A stretch of 64,000 nucleotides of DNA. Source: Eledone cirrhosa. Taxonomy: Eukaryota. Where the stretch lies: assembly GCA_964016885.1 (NCBI GenBank), contig OZ024741.1:404116001-404180000 (forward strand), in the 5' to 3' direction. The translations under genes and the position numbers were made by a program. The notes under the pieces are model-generated. The model had not been told where the DNA came from, made no database searches, and was given only the letters and a program-made list of their open reading frames with translations. Positions 13,009 to 26,288 of the stretch are shown in pieces (the stretch's first letter is position 1; the number at the start of each line of letters is the position of its first letter).

Positions 13009-14632
13009 GTCTATAATGAGCATTTATTTTCTATGTGCCGATAGTTTCTATTCGGTTTATGCAGATGACCATCTCTAACAAATATTCATCATGTTAAATT
13101 CTATACAGACACAAGTCTATTTCCCTGCAAGTAGGTGTTGCGTGGGTCTCAATGATGAAAGATTAACAAATCTTGAAAGAGCGCTGTCTGATATTGTCAT
13201 ATATATATACAATGCAATGACAAAACAAAAATATGCAGTAACGAAGATTGAAGGAATAGAGTGTGATGTATGCCGTGTGCATATTCTGAACTATGCAATG
13301 TTTCATATCTCTGTTGACATCAGAATTGGATATGCAAAAGCTACCATGATGACTGGATAAAGAATGCCTGAAAATAAGAAACATTTACTGTCATATTAAT
13401 AATGATGAAATAAAATTTGATTGAAAAATATCTCTTATATAATGAGGTATGAGATAACTGTGACTTTATTTATTTTAAATTTATTTTTGTCTAATTTACA
13501 TAACATTGTTTGCGTCATCTTGCAGCGATGAAATACTTCGTATTTCAACAGAAAATAAATAAAACAAATATTGTTTTCTCAACGGAAACCAAGATAAAAT
13601 TGCTTCTGACTCACATGTGCAATTTGCAGACTGTTTCCTGAAATATGCTTGCGTTATAATTCTCACATCTTTGAATTACGTCACTACCCCATCATGTTAA
13701 ATATTAATTTATCTTTCCTCTTTTTCTCTTCTAATATAATTTTCACTCTTAGCCAATCATCTTCTCTATATTCTGTTGTTGTATTTTGTTGTGTGTTGTT
13801 TTGTTTTTAAGCGGAGGATGAGGGGAATCCACTGCGCTTGCCAGGACAGCAAACAGATAGCAATTACTGGGTATCTTCATTACTTGATTTCATTGATCTC
13901 CTAACTACCTGGCTGCTGGATTGCAGCAACTAGAGAAATGCAATCTCATTAAAACAATCATTTCCCTGCTCTTGGCAAAAATTTACAAACAGTCAGCTAT
14001 TCATTGTAAAGGGAATAGTGATTCAATCTGACTATAGAAATTTACAATATGTTATTTGGACGCCATTAAAAGTTGCAAAAATTTCCGCTGAGAATAAAAG
14101 CAAACAAAACAATAAACTAAGACCATAAAGAAATTATATGGAGAACAAATTACTAAAGTGTAAATTGGTGACCTGTTAATTTATTCATAAATGTTGTTGT
14201 ACATGAACTCAGATGAATAGGAAAGAAGATCATCCAACTTTAGTAGACTAATTACATGAAATGTTGAATAATTAGTGCTGTAATGTTTTTTAAATTAAGA
14301 AAATAATTTTTATTGACTTTGAGAAAGATAAGAAGAAAATAAAGACTAGATATGTAATAACATTCACCAGATTTTCTTTAAAATTTCAACCGTGTCTTAA
14401 ATTATATTTCTAATCTAGGCGTATTGATGATGCATAAAAAAAATCTTTTAACAGATTTTAAATCTTATTTCATATCTTTCATCTATTACATGTGTCTGAC
14501 GACCGATCCAAACGTATATTTTATTATTATCGTCTGTGATCCAGAAATCTTTGGTAATGGAGTAGTTATATTTTGTGTTGTTAACTCTGTTTAAATAGCT
14601 CTTTTTTCCTTTGCTTTTCCTTCGGAATTACC

Positions 14633-14768
<136 letters not shown>

Positions 14769-14814
14769 TACTTCAAAATATTAATAAATATAGACATTCA
14801 TGTGATCAAATATA

Positions 14815-14876
14815 TTTTATTATACATATTTCAGAGGTACTGAGCTATTTCACCTGTACGTCCTCATCAGATAAAA
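14815..14876 (-). ncRNA. Type I hammerhead ribozyme motif at a PLE 3' end
   Basis: Minus strand: ttttat CTGATGA ggacgtac...gtacctct GAAAT atgt ATA ataaaa. Confidence 0.65.
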
Positions 14877-15630
14877 TATATTGATGTCTGACATACCTCA
14901 ACTGTGCTGATGGTTCAATTCCAGTCTTGGCAGTGATTAGTTATGACAAAACTCAATATTTATATACCATAAGTTGTAACATGAAAAACTACATATAATA
15001 GAGAGGGTACGTAGGAAAAGGTGTATAAAAATATATAATAATAAATATAATAAGTATATATAAATAAGTATATATAAAGGCAAGTAATAAATATAAACAT
15101 AAAACTACATAACTGTTAAACATTTAAATAATAAAATATGTATACCTCCGTATTATGGAGGGAGTAAATAAGAGAGGGAGAGGGCTAACAGGAGGAGAGA
15201 GAAAAGGAAAGAGAGATGATAGTAAAAACAAAGAAAGGGAGATATGTATGGTAACATATAATTACATAAGGAGAAGGAGAATCAAGGTATATGATGCGTG
15301 ACCGTTTTCTTTTTCAAATATTAATTTAATTAGAAATAATCAATTAGTTAAATAACTTGAAATTTTTCGACTATAATATTTGAAAGAACCTATATTATTG
15401 TATTATATCAAAATTAAGACAAATATAAAGTGAAAAAGATAATTTAACATAGCTCCAAGGGTAATCAAGAGTATATTTAAATGATTAAATATAGTCAATA
15501 ATTTAGTTAAAAAGATTAAAATTAAAATTAAAAATGTTATTAACTAACCATAAAGCTTATAAATGTAGTAAATATGATATTATTAAACTGTAGTAAAAAT
15601 GTAGTAAATATGATATATATTATATATATA

Positions 15631-15810
15631 TATTTATTAAAATAACAGATTAAAGTTTAAGCAAAGAATCGCTGCTTTCACCCTTAACGGGATCTTCTAA
15701 AACTCAGAAGATCTGAGTTTCAGAAGATAAGATATGAGTTTCAGAAGATCCCGTTAAGGGTGAAAGCAGCGATTCTTTGCTTAAACTTTAATCTGTTATT
15801 TTAATAAATA
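15631..15810. mobile_element. Foldback palindrome (probable PLE 3' end); single arm also at 28730-28797
   Basis: tatttattaaaataacagattaaagtttaagcaaagaatcgctgctttcacccttaacgggatcttct.aaactc and its reverse complement surround a short nested hairpin. Confidence 0.75.
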
Positions 15811-15894
15811 TTTGCTCTACAGTTCTTATATATTTGATATATATTTATCCTTATCGAGCCCTCTTTGGATTTTAGTCTTCAAATTTATTATTAT

Positions 15895-16011
<117 letters not shown>

Positions 16012-16132
16012 CATATTATGACATTATGATCGCATATCCAACACACTTACCTCTGGAGTACGTGGTATTTTTTACGATATGGAATTTTTAAGGTAAACAC
16101 AGGCTGCGATCCATCATGCTGATAGTATATGG

Positions 16133-16565
16133 AATACTCTCGTGGAATGACCAAATGAGTTCAAATCCCACCGTGGTTAAATTTGCCTTTCATCCATTAA
16201 ATTAATTCTTGCAAGATTTCACAGCTGTATCATCACTCCTTCATAGACTGACCAAGATACTCTCATGGAATGACCAAATGAGGTTTATTTTTCAACATAG
16301 TCCCTGGAAAAAAACAATGCAATTATTAATTAGAAAATTTGAAATTATTGCATTCAAGATTTCACAGCCCTATCATGATTCCTTTGAAGGCTGACCAACA
16401 TACTTTCATGAGATGACCAAATGAGGTTTATTTTTCAACATAGTCCCTGGAAAGAAACAATGTAGTTATTAATAAGAAGAGTTGAAATTAATGAATGTAC
16501 GATTTCACAGCTCTAGCATCATTCCTTCATAGTCAATCAATGAACGTTTCAGTCTACCTTCGTAT
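16133..16565. repeat. Tandem ~145-bp units of the repeat family seen at 840-1115
   Basis: gatttcacagc recurs at ~16215, ~16359 and ~16501; atgaccaaatgag occurs three times. Confidence 0.75.
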
Positions 16566-16589
16566 ATTACGAGTAAATATGATGTTTGT

Positions 16590-16806
16590 GAAGGCGTGTG
16601 GCTGAGTGGTTAGAGAATTGGATTCGCAATCTTGAGGTTGTGAGTTCGATTCCTGGACCGAGCGATGTGTTATGTCCTTGGGCAAGACACTTTATTTCAC
16701 GTTGCTCCTTCTACCTGGAGTTGCGACCAATAGATAATATTAGCAATTGGAAAGACCCATGGAAACATTGTTTTCTCTCTCCGATTTGACGAAAGTCGAT
16801 CGAATG
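16590..16806 (+). mobile_element. tRNA-derived CORE-like SINE
   Basis: tggctgagtgg (A box), gagttcgattcc (B box), tgtccttgggcaagacacttt (CORE-like); 3' hairpin ttgac-gaaa-gtcga. Confidence 0.85.
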
Positions 16807-17301
16807 AGGAAATGATGTTTTTCAATAGCCAGCTCTAGCATTCTCTTAAACTAGAACCTCACCCGTTTAGAACGCTCATTTTACGGATAAAAATTAAGAT
16901 TTAAAACTTTGCAGCGAAATGAATTAGTAGAGACATTATTTTTAACGATTTTTAGATAACTAAATTTTACGTTAAAGAAATCTGTAAAATCAACTGAAAA
17001 CACCCAAGCAGGGGAGTGGGCCGTGAAATTTAATAATCACAATTATTACCATAATTACAAATATAATAAGAAGAAAAGAAAGCCTGAAATTCGTTGTATA
17101 AAATGCCTTATGCAAAACATATTTGACTAATTATACCGTTGCAGCCATCATGTTGTCTTGAAACAGAGTCACGTAAACGATTTTGGTTGATTTAATGCAG
17201 AATAAAATAGTTGCGTATCCCGTCATGCGAAAACTACATCTCTTCTCTTTCTTTATCACTCACTCTATTTTACACACGCATACACATACCCCCTGTGTGT
17301 C

Positions 17302-17381
<80 letters not shown>

Positions 17382-17535
17382 CTATATTTCTTTCTCTTGG
17401 AGAATACGCAGAGTCTATGGCTTCAATGACTTCATCTAGCCACACATACACACACATACATACACACACACATACACACATACACACACATAAACACACA
17501 TACACACACACACATAAACGCACAAATAATGATTT

Positions 17536-18074
17536 ATGATTGTACTTTATTTTATTGACCCCAGAAGGGTGAAAGCAAAGTTGACATCTTTGGAATTTGA
17601 ACTGAGAGGGTAAAAAGCAGAAATACTGTTCAACATTTCTCAGCGTCCATACCAATTGTGACAACGTAAAGCCTACATTCACACAAATAATGGCTCTACT
17701 TTTTAAAATAATTGTTTCTACTTTTGGCACAAGGCCAGCAATAACCCAGTACATTACTGGTACTTTATTTTATCGACCCTGTAAGGATGAAAGGCAAAGT
17801 TAACCTCAGCGGGATTTGAACTCAGACCATAAAGGGCCGTAACTCTTTGCTGCAAAGCATGGTGTCAGACCCTCTACCGATACTGCCAAGAAATAATTGT
17901 TTCTACTTTTGACACTAGGCCAGCAATTATCCCAGTGTATTACTGGTACTTTATTTTATCGACCCCGTAAGGATGAAAGGCAAAGTTAACCTCGGCGGGA
18001 TTTGAACTCAGATCATAAAGGGCCGTAACTCTTTCCTGCAAAGTATGGTGTCCGATACTGCCAGTCCACCGCCT
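17536..18074 (-). mobile_element. Three adjacent Nin-domain-like SINE copies
   Basis: Repeated actggtactttattttatcgaccc.gtaaggatgaaaggcaaagttaacctc.gcgggatttgaactcag at ~17755 and ~17942; a degenerate copy at ~17540. Confidence 0.85.
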
Positions 18075-18689
18075 GAAATATATAATAAACCAAAAAACAA
18101 TGAAATTCTCCTGAAATCTTTTCAAATGAGAAAATTCTAAACTAGCCATTAACAAATCAATCTATAACAATGATAAAACCTTGATTTTATAAACCTATAC
18201 ATTCACCCACGTACATATACATGTTTTATATATATATATACATACCCTCACAAACGCACATAGATATGTTGTATATATATATATATACATTCACACGCGT
18301 ACATAAATATGTTGCACATATATATATATATATATATATACACTCACACACGTACAAATACAAGTTGCACACACACAAACTCATTATAAATATATGTGCA
18401 ATATATATACGTGTGCACACACACGTACATATATTGCACACACACACACACCACGTTCATACACATGTTTCACATATATATATCTACACACATACACACG
18501 AACACAAACCCCCACACACACAAGCATACGCATGTTGCACATACACACATATACATATGCAGAGAATAGTATTTTATGCAAGGTTTCCCATGAGTAAAAC
18601 AACGTTTAAAGATTTATCTACATTTCTGAAGCCTGACACACACACCACAAACACATGCACACATATCCACACACATATATATATCTATG

Positions 18690-18742
<53 letters not shown>

Positions 18743-18952
18743 CACATATATATGTGTGTGTATGTGTATGAATGTGAATATATATATATATAAATATACA
18801 TATATATCTATGTATATATATATATGCATATACATACATATATATATATATAGATAGATAGATACATATATATATATATATATGTATGTATGTATGCATA
18901 TATATATACACACATACATAAATATTTATACGTGCGGGGTTGAGGTAAGTGA

Positions 18953-19018
<66 letters not shown>

Positions 19019-19104
19019 GTAGAGCTCTCCAAGATATGCTTTAATAACTCCACCCACTAGAAACACGCCCATACACGGAAATCAATCAGCGTTTTCACAT
19101 TGGC

Positions 19105-19160
19105 AGCCAATCAGCAGATTCTCTAGTACTGCAACCACCCATCTCATAAACCTATATAAA
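19105..19160 (+). promoter_or_regulatory. CCAAT box plus TATA box pair, probably from a retroelement promoter
   Basis: agccaatcag at 19105-19114 and tatataaa at 19153-19160, spaced as in Pol II promoters; motif evidence only. Confidence 0.3.
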
Positions 19161-19539
19161 GGCATAAAACTCTGGCTAGAACTGAAAAACACATTTCCAC
19201 ACACTATAGTATATTATCTGTAGAAGAGCACCGAGGAGACATATTGGAAATATGATTACTTTGATTGACACATGGACACAACCGTTCTCTCTAGAAGGAC
19301 ATTTATCAATTGGCTTAACCCCAGTAGATAACTGGTACTTATTTATAAGCTTTTGAAAGGATAATTGCTGATGCTGATACTGGCGAGATGCGAATCCAGA
19401 TGGCAGTAAGAGTAAACTTGAGGTATATACCATGAAGGCAGGAATTGTAGGGGCGACATATTGACATAAGACGTTTCTGGGACATTTATTAAAAACCCTG
19501 GTGGTGCCTGAGACTCTCCAAGTCCGAATATAGCAGATT

Positions 19540-19573
<34 letters not shown>

Positions 19574-19749
19574 GAAAATGAAAGATCGACCCAGAACTTG
19601 ACTGGTAGTTTTTCTATCGACATCGAACTGATGAAAACTAAAATTGACATCGGCGGGATTTGACCCCAGAGAGCGGAGAGCTGTATCAAATACCGCAAGG
19701 CATTTTATCCTACATTCTAATGACTCTGCTAATTAGCTGCAGGAATCGA

Positions 19750-19948
19750 CATTCGATCGACTTTCGTCAAATCGGGCCGAGGAAACAAAGTTTCCATTGC
19801 TAATACTCTCTATGGATCGCAACTCCAGGTAGAAGGAACAATGTGAAATAAAGTGTCTTGTTCAAGAACATAACGCATCACTCGGTCCGGGAATCGAACT
19901 CTCAACCACACGATTGCGAATCTAATTCTCTAACCACTGAGCCACGCG
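19750..19948 (-). mobile_element. tRNA-derived CORE-like SINE, inverted partner of 16590-16806
   Basis: The reverse complement matches 16590-16806 including the 3' end ccgatttgacgaaagtcgatcgaatg. Confidence 0.85.
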
Positions 19949-20139
19949 ATAGCAGACATCAATCCATTTTAAATGTGTACTCAGTCATATTGGCTATGGT
20001 TTATGATCTGTGAATACACAGACGTGATTTTGTTTTCGTTTTCATTTATTAAATAAACGCCATCGATAAGATATAGGTAATAAACGCCATTCAGTCGATC
20101 AACATCACCCACACAGACACATAAACATACACACACACA

Positions 20140-20257
<118 letters not shown>

Positions 20258-20436
20258 CATATATATATATATAGAGAGAGAGAGAGATATATATATAGAT
20301 ATATACACACACATATATATATATATATATGCGTGTGTATGTGTGTGTGTGTATGCATGTATGTACTTACGTATGTATGTATGTACGTATGTATGTATGC
20401 ATGTATGTATCTTTTTGTGTAGCGAGAGACTCCTCG

Positions 20437-20718
20437 TCTTCATTAAGACATCTCTCTAGGAGAAGGTAACTCTGATATAAAACCTGCGACTTCGTTTACA
20501 TCCAGTGATGTAGACCAGTTATCTTTTGGGGTAAATGCATTCGATGTTCAGAGAGTGGGATTGGCCCCGTCAAATCCTTTCTTTACTTAAAAACTTCAAG
20601 CACAGGTATCGCTTGATATGTGACATTTTTTGCGATGCATGCTATTGCTGGCCATAGGCAAGTCCCTAGCAGGACTAAAAGGCCACGTTAGTGATGCTCA
20701 TACTTAAGTATCAAGTGA
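20437..20718 (+). mobile_element. Dispersed repeat resembling an RTE 5' UTR
   Basis: Inverted paralog of 5640-5862 with an extra internal ~70 bp. Confidence 0.55.
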
Positions 20719-20764
20719 TGTTATTATTCGAAATTGAGTTGCAACTACCATCTATGTATGTATG

Positions 20765-20838
<74 letters not shown>

Positions 20839-22232
20839 TAGAACACTGGAAGGTAATATCCGTAGTGGTAGAGCACTCAGTCCAAGGGATGAGTTTGCTA
20901 GCAGTAGTAACACAACAGTTCACCATACCGAGAAGAATTGTTTCACCTTATGCGCATAACATTGAAAATAAATAATACTTTGATGAAAAGTAGATAAAAT
21001 ACTTTCATCCTATACACTAGCTTTTGTTGGTGTTGTTTTATTCAATAAAAGAGAAAATTTATTGAGAATTAATTTAATATTTAATTATGGAAAATTGATT
21101 ATCATCATAAAATAGGAAAATGTTGTATCATGTCATCAAATCTTTTTTCTTTTCTTTTTTTGCTTTTCGTAACTTTTCCAATATTTAAAATTAATTCTAT
21201 TCCATCTAAACTAAATCGAACCAAGAGCCAATTAATTTTACAGTTATATCAATTTATTAGGTTTAGTTTTCGAAGCCTTTTATTCTATGAAAAGTAGACA
21301 TTAGTAAGCTGAATTAAAATGTTTGAAGTCTTGTACACAGAGCTATGGAAAGGCGGTTTACCAGCTTATATCAGAGATTCACTATTTGCTATAAAATGTC
21401 GTTCACTATCTGGATAAAAAAGTATGTGATTTTAAAATATTATGTAAGGATATTATAAACCAATAATTAGTAATGTTAATTAAAGCAAGTTCAGGATTGC
21501 AACATTAATAATACGATGCCTCTCTGCCAGCGCTGTACGCAACGACCTTTGTTCTTATAAATTATAGTGTGAATAAAGTTATCGTAGAAGGCAACTGATG
21601 ATAGTTTAGACAGTAAGATGAAACTTCATACTGAAAGATTTTTTTTTTATCTTATGTGATCTAAATATTGTGTATTCAGGAGTTTTATATTGAATAATAG
21701 TAATATTTGATTTGTTTGCAAGCAAACAGCCTCATTACACCATGTATTTTAGTGACAATCGCCATCCTGTTGTTCTAGTGGTGACAGAGAATCAACCGAC
21801 AATATTGTTTCTGAGTCATTGCCCTTCGTCAAGATTATATATCTCTCTCCTGTAACACACTGGAACACTTGAGAATATATAGTATTCTCTAAAATATACA
21901 TCGGCTGATTAGCCTAATTTGCATACTGAGCGATTTTACGGCTAGCTTTAACGAAAATTAAAAACAAAATTATAATTTCGTTTTTCGCTCTAACACAGCG
22001 GATACGTAAATGCATTTGTGAGTTTTATATCGAATAATAATAATAATCGATTCGTTCGCAAGCAAACAGCCTCATTAAATTATATATTTTTAATTATGTA
22101 TTTTTAATGACCATCGCCATCCTTTTGGCACCGCTAGAAGATAAGACTTGCAATGATCCGATAAAATAAAGTACCAGTAATGCACTGGGTATTTGCTTGC
22201 CTTGTGCCAAAAATTAGAAACAATTATTATTA

Positions 22233-22430
22233 GGGCAGCGGATTGGCAGTATCGGTAGAGGGTCGGACGCCAAGCTTTCCAGCATAGAGTTACGGCCCTT
22301 TATGATCTGAGTTCAAAGCCCGCCGCGGTTAACTTAGCCTTTCATCCTTACGGGGTCGAAAAAATAAAGTATCAATCACGCACTGGGGTCAATTTAATCG
22401 ACTTTCCCCTCCCCCAAAATTATTACTCTG
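22233..22430 (+). mobile_element. Full-length Nin-domain-like tRNA SINE
   Basis: gggcagcggattggcagtatcggtagagggtcggacgccaagct (A-box head), gagttcaaagcc (B box), gcctttcatccttacggggtcga, and a 3' region. Confidence 0.88.
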
Positions 22431-22800
22431 TTATTATTTGATATAAAACTCACGAATGTATTTACATATCCGCTATGTGAAAGATTAAATTCTAATGTTG
22501 ATGTTAACATTATTTTGGTCATATGTTGTTAGAATTTAACACAATATTTTACACCAAATTCTATTACGTTTCCTTTTTCCTTTTCTCATCCATAATCTGC
22601 CTCCTACTAGCCTTCAATATTTGAAATTTTATTAGTATTTTATTTCATTTTTTACACTTTTAACTCTTATTTTATTACTTGTCTCACTAGCTGTTTTTGA
22701 TTAGTAATTGTAAGAAGTACTCAATACTTCTCCTACTCTGTCATGGCTTACTAGTTCTATGCGGACGTTTAGCTTGAATAAATAAATCATCAATACAGGT

Positions 22801-23003
22801 ATCATCATCATCATCATCATCATCATTTTACGTCTGCTTTTTCCTGCTTGCAAGGGTGGGACGGGTCCTATTCAGCACAGTATCTCTCCACTTGTCACGG
22901 TCCTTCGACATCTCCTCCGTGAGTTTCAGCGATCTTAGGTCTGCTCTCACCATCTCCGCCCATGTTTTTCGTGGTCTACCTCTAGTGCGTCTTCCTTCTA
23001 CTA
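22801..23003 (-). mobile_element. RTE LINE 3' end with (ATG)n tail
   Basis: Minus strand encodes VEGRRTRGRPRKTWAEMVRADLRSLKLTEEMSKDRDKWR and ends in (atg)n. Confidence 0.85.
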
Positions 23004-23907
23004 AATTTCATATCGAATAATAATCTAGGGATGGTCTTCGAGTAACTACTATAAATTAATATGCCGGATGCAATGGGTTCCTTTGCTTCTGGTTTGCATT
23101 TAGTGGGGTTAAAAACCACGATAGTCCCAGATATACTGTAGCAAAAGGAAGTAGCTTATCCGTTGCTTCAACCACATTTATGAAATTTAATTAACATTGA
23201 AATATATTGAAGAGGTAGATTCAGCAATTTTATCAAAATTATAGATGTCATATCAATCTTGACAAAATCATCTCGAGCATCTTTTATGTCAATATATATA
23301 AATAGACACACACACACGCACACACACGCACACACACACATACACACACACATATATATATATATATATATGCATATGTATATATATATATACATGTATA
23401 TGTATATATATATATGTAGGTATATATATATATATATGTATGTATATAGATGTATATATATATATACATGTATATATATATACATACATATATTTATATA
23501 TATATATATAATTATATATACATGTATTTTTGTCTGTGCATTTATAAATATATATATATACCTATACATGTGTCTGTGTGTGTGTGTGCACGAATATATA
23601 ATCGTATTAAATAAAACAACAATGAAAATAATAAAAATAAACGACTTCTGAAGATGAAAGGTTTACTACATTATATACGTCTAACGGGCTTCCACAAAGT
23701 TGAGCAGACAAAAATATATAAGGAACAGAAATTGTGCAACACGTTGTTCAAATTCCATTCTTCCTACATGTGTTTAGATATTATAATCAGTACATTGATT
23801 CCTGCTATTCTCCATTGAACTTTTAAACTGTTCAATTTTCTGTCAGTCGAGTATTTATAAAATATACAAATAAGCATTGAACTTTTAACCTTGTGTGTAT
23901 ATATATG

Positions 23908-23976
<69 letters not shown>

Positions 23977-24530
23977 TTACAAATATGAACATACGCACAC
24001 CCACACAGGCATACACGCATACACACGCATATATATATATATATGAACAGGTATGGGCACACACACACCACACACGCTCGCATGTATATATATATATATA
24101 TATATTTGTGTGTGTGCGTGTGTTTGTGTATGTGTGTGAGTATGTGTGTGTGATGTGTGCGGGTGGCAGTGCGCTATCATCAACTTGGCTTTATTCCAAA
24201 TGAAACTGTTTTTAAAATAAATTTCCACATTGATTTTTCTGTTTAGTTAGTTATATGACTCCCCAAATGATTGTTATCCAAGTTTATCTGCTTGTCCATT
24301 TGACCTGATATGAATAACAGCTAAAACTCCTTTAAATCATATCTAATCTCAGTAAAAAAGACAAGTGGGATAAATTACAAAGAAGATTCGTTGGTCACAA
24401 CTGAAATATCATTACTATATATCTGTTCACTTGGGTAAATCTAAAACTGATCAACAATGTGTGTGTATATGTAAATATATATTTGTATTTATATATACAC
24501 ATGGACGCAACTATCTTGCACCTCTACATA

Positions 24531-24588
<58 letters not shown>

Positions 24589-24875
24589 AAAATGTTCAAG
24601 ACCCCGACGGCAGAGCTCAAGCCGTTTCGACGGCTATTAATGGACAGAAACAGCTGTCGAAACAAAATATCGTTATAGGTAATCCAATTAAAGGTTGTGA
24701 ATACTTCTTATTATGGATGGTTTTAGCGTACGGCGTTGCTTGACTCAACAAGTGGTTTACGTAGATGACGAGTTTCTGATTTCACTTGTATTCGTATGTA
24801 AGTTTATCTTGGAGTAATAAAATTGAAAAAGTGGAGAATAACATGGTAAACAGTACATAAAAGGGGATTTATTTG

Positions 24876-26230
24876 CAGTCTAACAATTGTTTCACTGATA
24901 GAGATGTCTAAAAATTGCTGAACACTAAAAGCAGTGCCACTCAATTTTAAATACGATGATCATCGGAAACTGTTAAAAAAATATATATGTAACCGGCAAA
25001 ATTACAAATTCAATTTACATCATCAATAATAATATTAATAATAAAGATATAGAGAGAAAAGGAGGAAGAAAGGGAGATAGATACAGTAAAGAAAGAAAGG
25101 AAAGGGAGGAGAAAGAAGAAGAAGGAAAAAGAGAAAGAAAAAGAGAAAGGAGAAGAAAAGGAGACATCATTATAGATAGAAATATAAAGAGAGGAAGATA
25201 TATAGAAGATGATGGCAAATAGAGGAGAGACAAACATAAGTGAAATAAGGTAGGATAGAGAGAAGAATAGAGGGACAATAGATAAACAAACGTTAATACT
25301 TGAATAAATGTAAATAAAAATAAAAATAGATATATAAAAAATATACGAAAAAATGGTGAAAATATGATAATGTTAAATATATTTATGTGTGTATTGGTTA
25401 TTGTAAGAAATAAATTAATTAATTAGTTTTAAGTTATATTATATGATAAAATAAAATGACAGAGATGAAATAAATTTAGGGAGAGAAATATTAAGATAAA
25501 GAGTGAAAAGTAGAGATATATAAAATAAGAATGTAAATATAAGAGGTTTTGATGTTGTTCTTTGATAGATGATGACAATTATAATTATAATTATAATTAT
25601 AATTATAATTATAATTATAATGATGATGATGTTGATAATGTGATATAGATCCAAGTGGTACACTCTGGGTTATGGAATAGATAAGATGGAATTAAGCTGG
25701 TCTAAAGTTCTCAAATTTAGTCGCCGAATTATGTCGACAAAAAATGTTTTTTTCAATTTTACTGTTAAGAAGAATTTTGCTGTAATTTAAAATTGGTAAA
25801 AGGTCCATATTACAGAAACTACAGTGGGACATACGAATTTGATAGGCCTTTGCTTGTGATAGCTTTGTCCAGCTGATTTTATGTTCCATGTTTGCATCTT
25901 TAAGTTGCCAGATTTTATTGGTGAGAGTCGTTGTCTTTGAGAGATTCCTGTTAGTCATAGAGTATCTGTTTACGTACCACCTTTTCTTAAACTCCCCCGC
26001 TGTGGGAGCAATGTAATGCCATGCAAGCTACCTGAATTTATAGTACATAGGTATACTATATTTATCTCTAGGCATCTATTTTTTAAATGGCATTTGTCAG
26101 GTAGATGGTAGTTACGTTTAGATGCTTTTCTATTCGCCGGTTCTTCTATATGGTTTTGTAGGTTTGGCTGAGAATTGGGTTTGTTGATGTATTGTGGTGA
26201 TGTACTCTGGCGTGTGTTTGGTTGTGATGA
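24876..26230 (-). mobile_element. 5'-truncated Penelope-like element: GIY-YIG endonuclease remnant, low-complexity UTR, hammerhead
   Basis: Minus 26110-25692 gives CHLKNRCLEINIVYLCTI...YIAPTAGEFKKRWY...LTNKIWQLKD...ISW...CSFC...LLNSK..CRH, matching the PLE GIY-YIG pattern. Hammerhead at 24876-24972: cagttt CCGATGA..GAAAC aatt GTT agactg. Confidence 0.8.
25692..25958 (-). pseudogene. PLE GIY-YIG endonuclease C-terminal fragment
   Basis: The 88-aa ORF has the IWQLKD / W / CxxC / LLN / CRH motif series. Confidence 0.75.
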
Positions 26231-26238
26231 TGTTTTTC

Positions 26239-26286
<48 letters not shown>

Positions 26287-26288
<2 letters not shown>

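Noticed and set aside
13355-13425. HEPN-like RNIYCH peptide
   Set aside because: Short frame bounded by stops, with no splice or homology support.
16590-16670. tRNA gene
   Set aside because: A and B boxes are present, but there is no clean acceptor stem or terminator and it continues into a CORE-like SINE body.
21595-21630. CTGATGA...GAAAC hammerhead
   Set aside because: No pairing for stems I, II or III.
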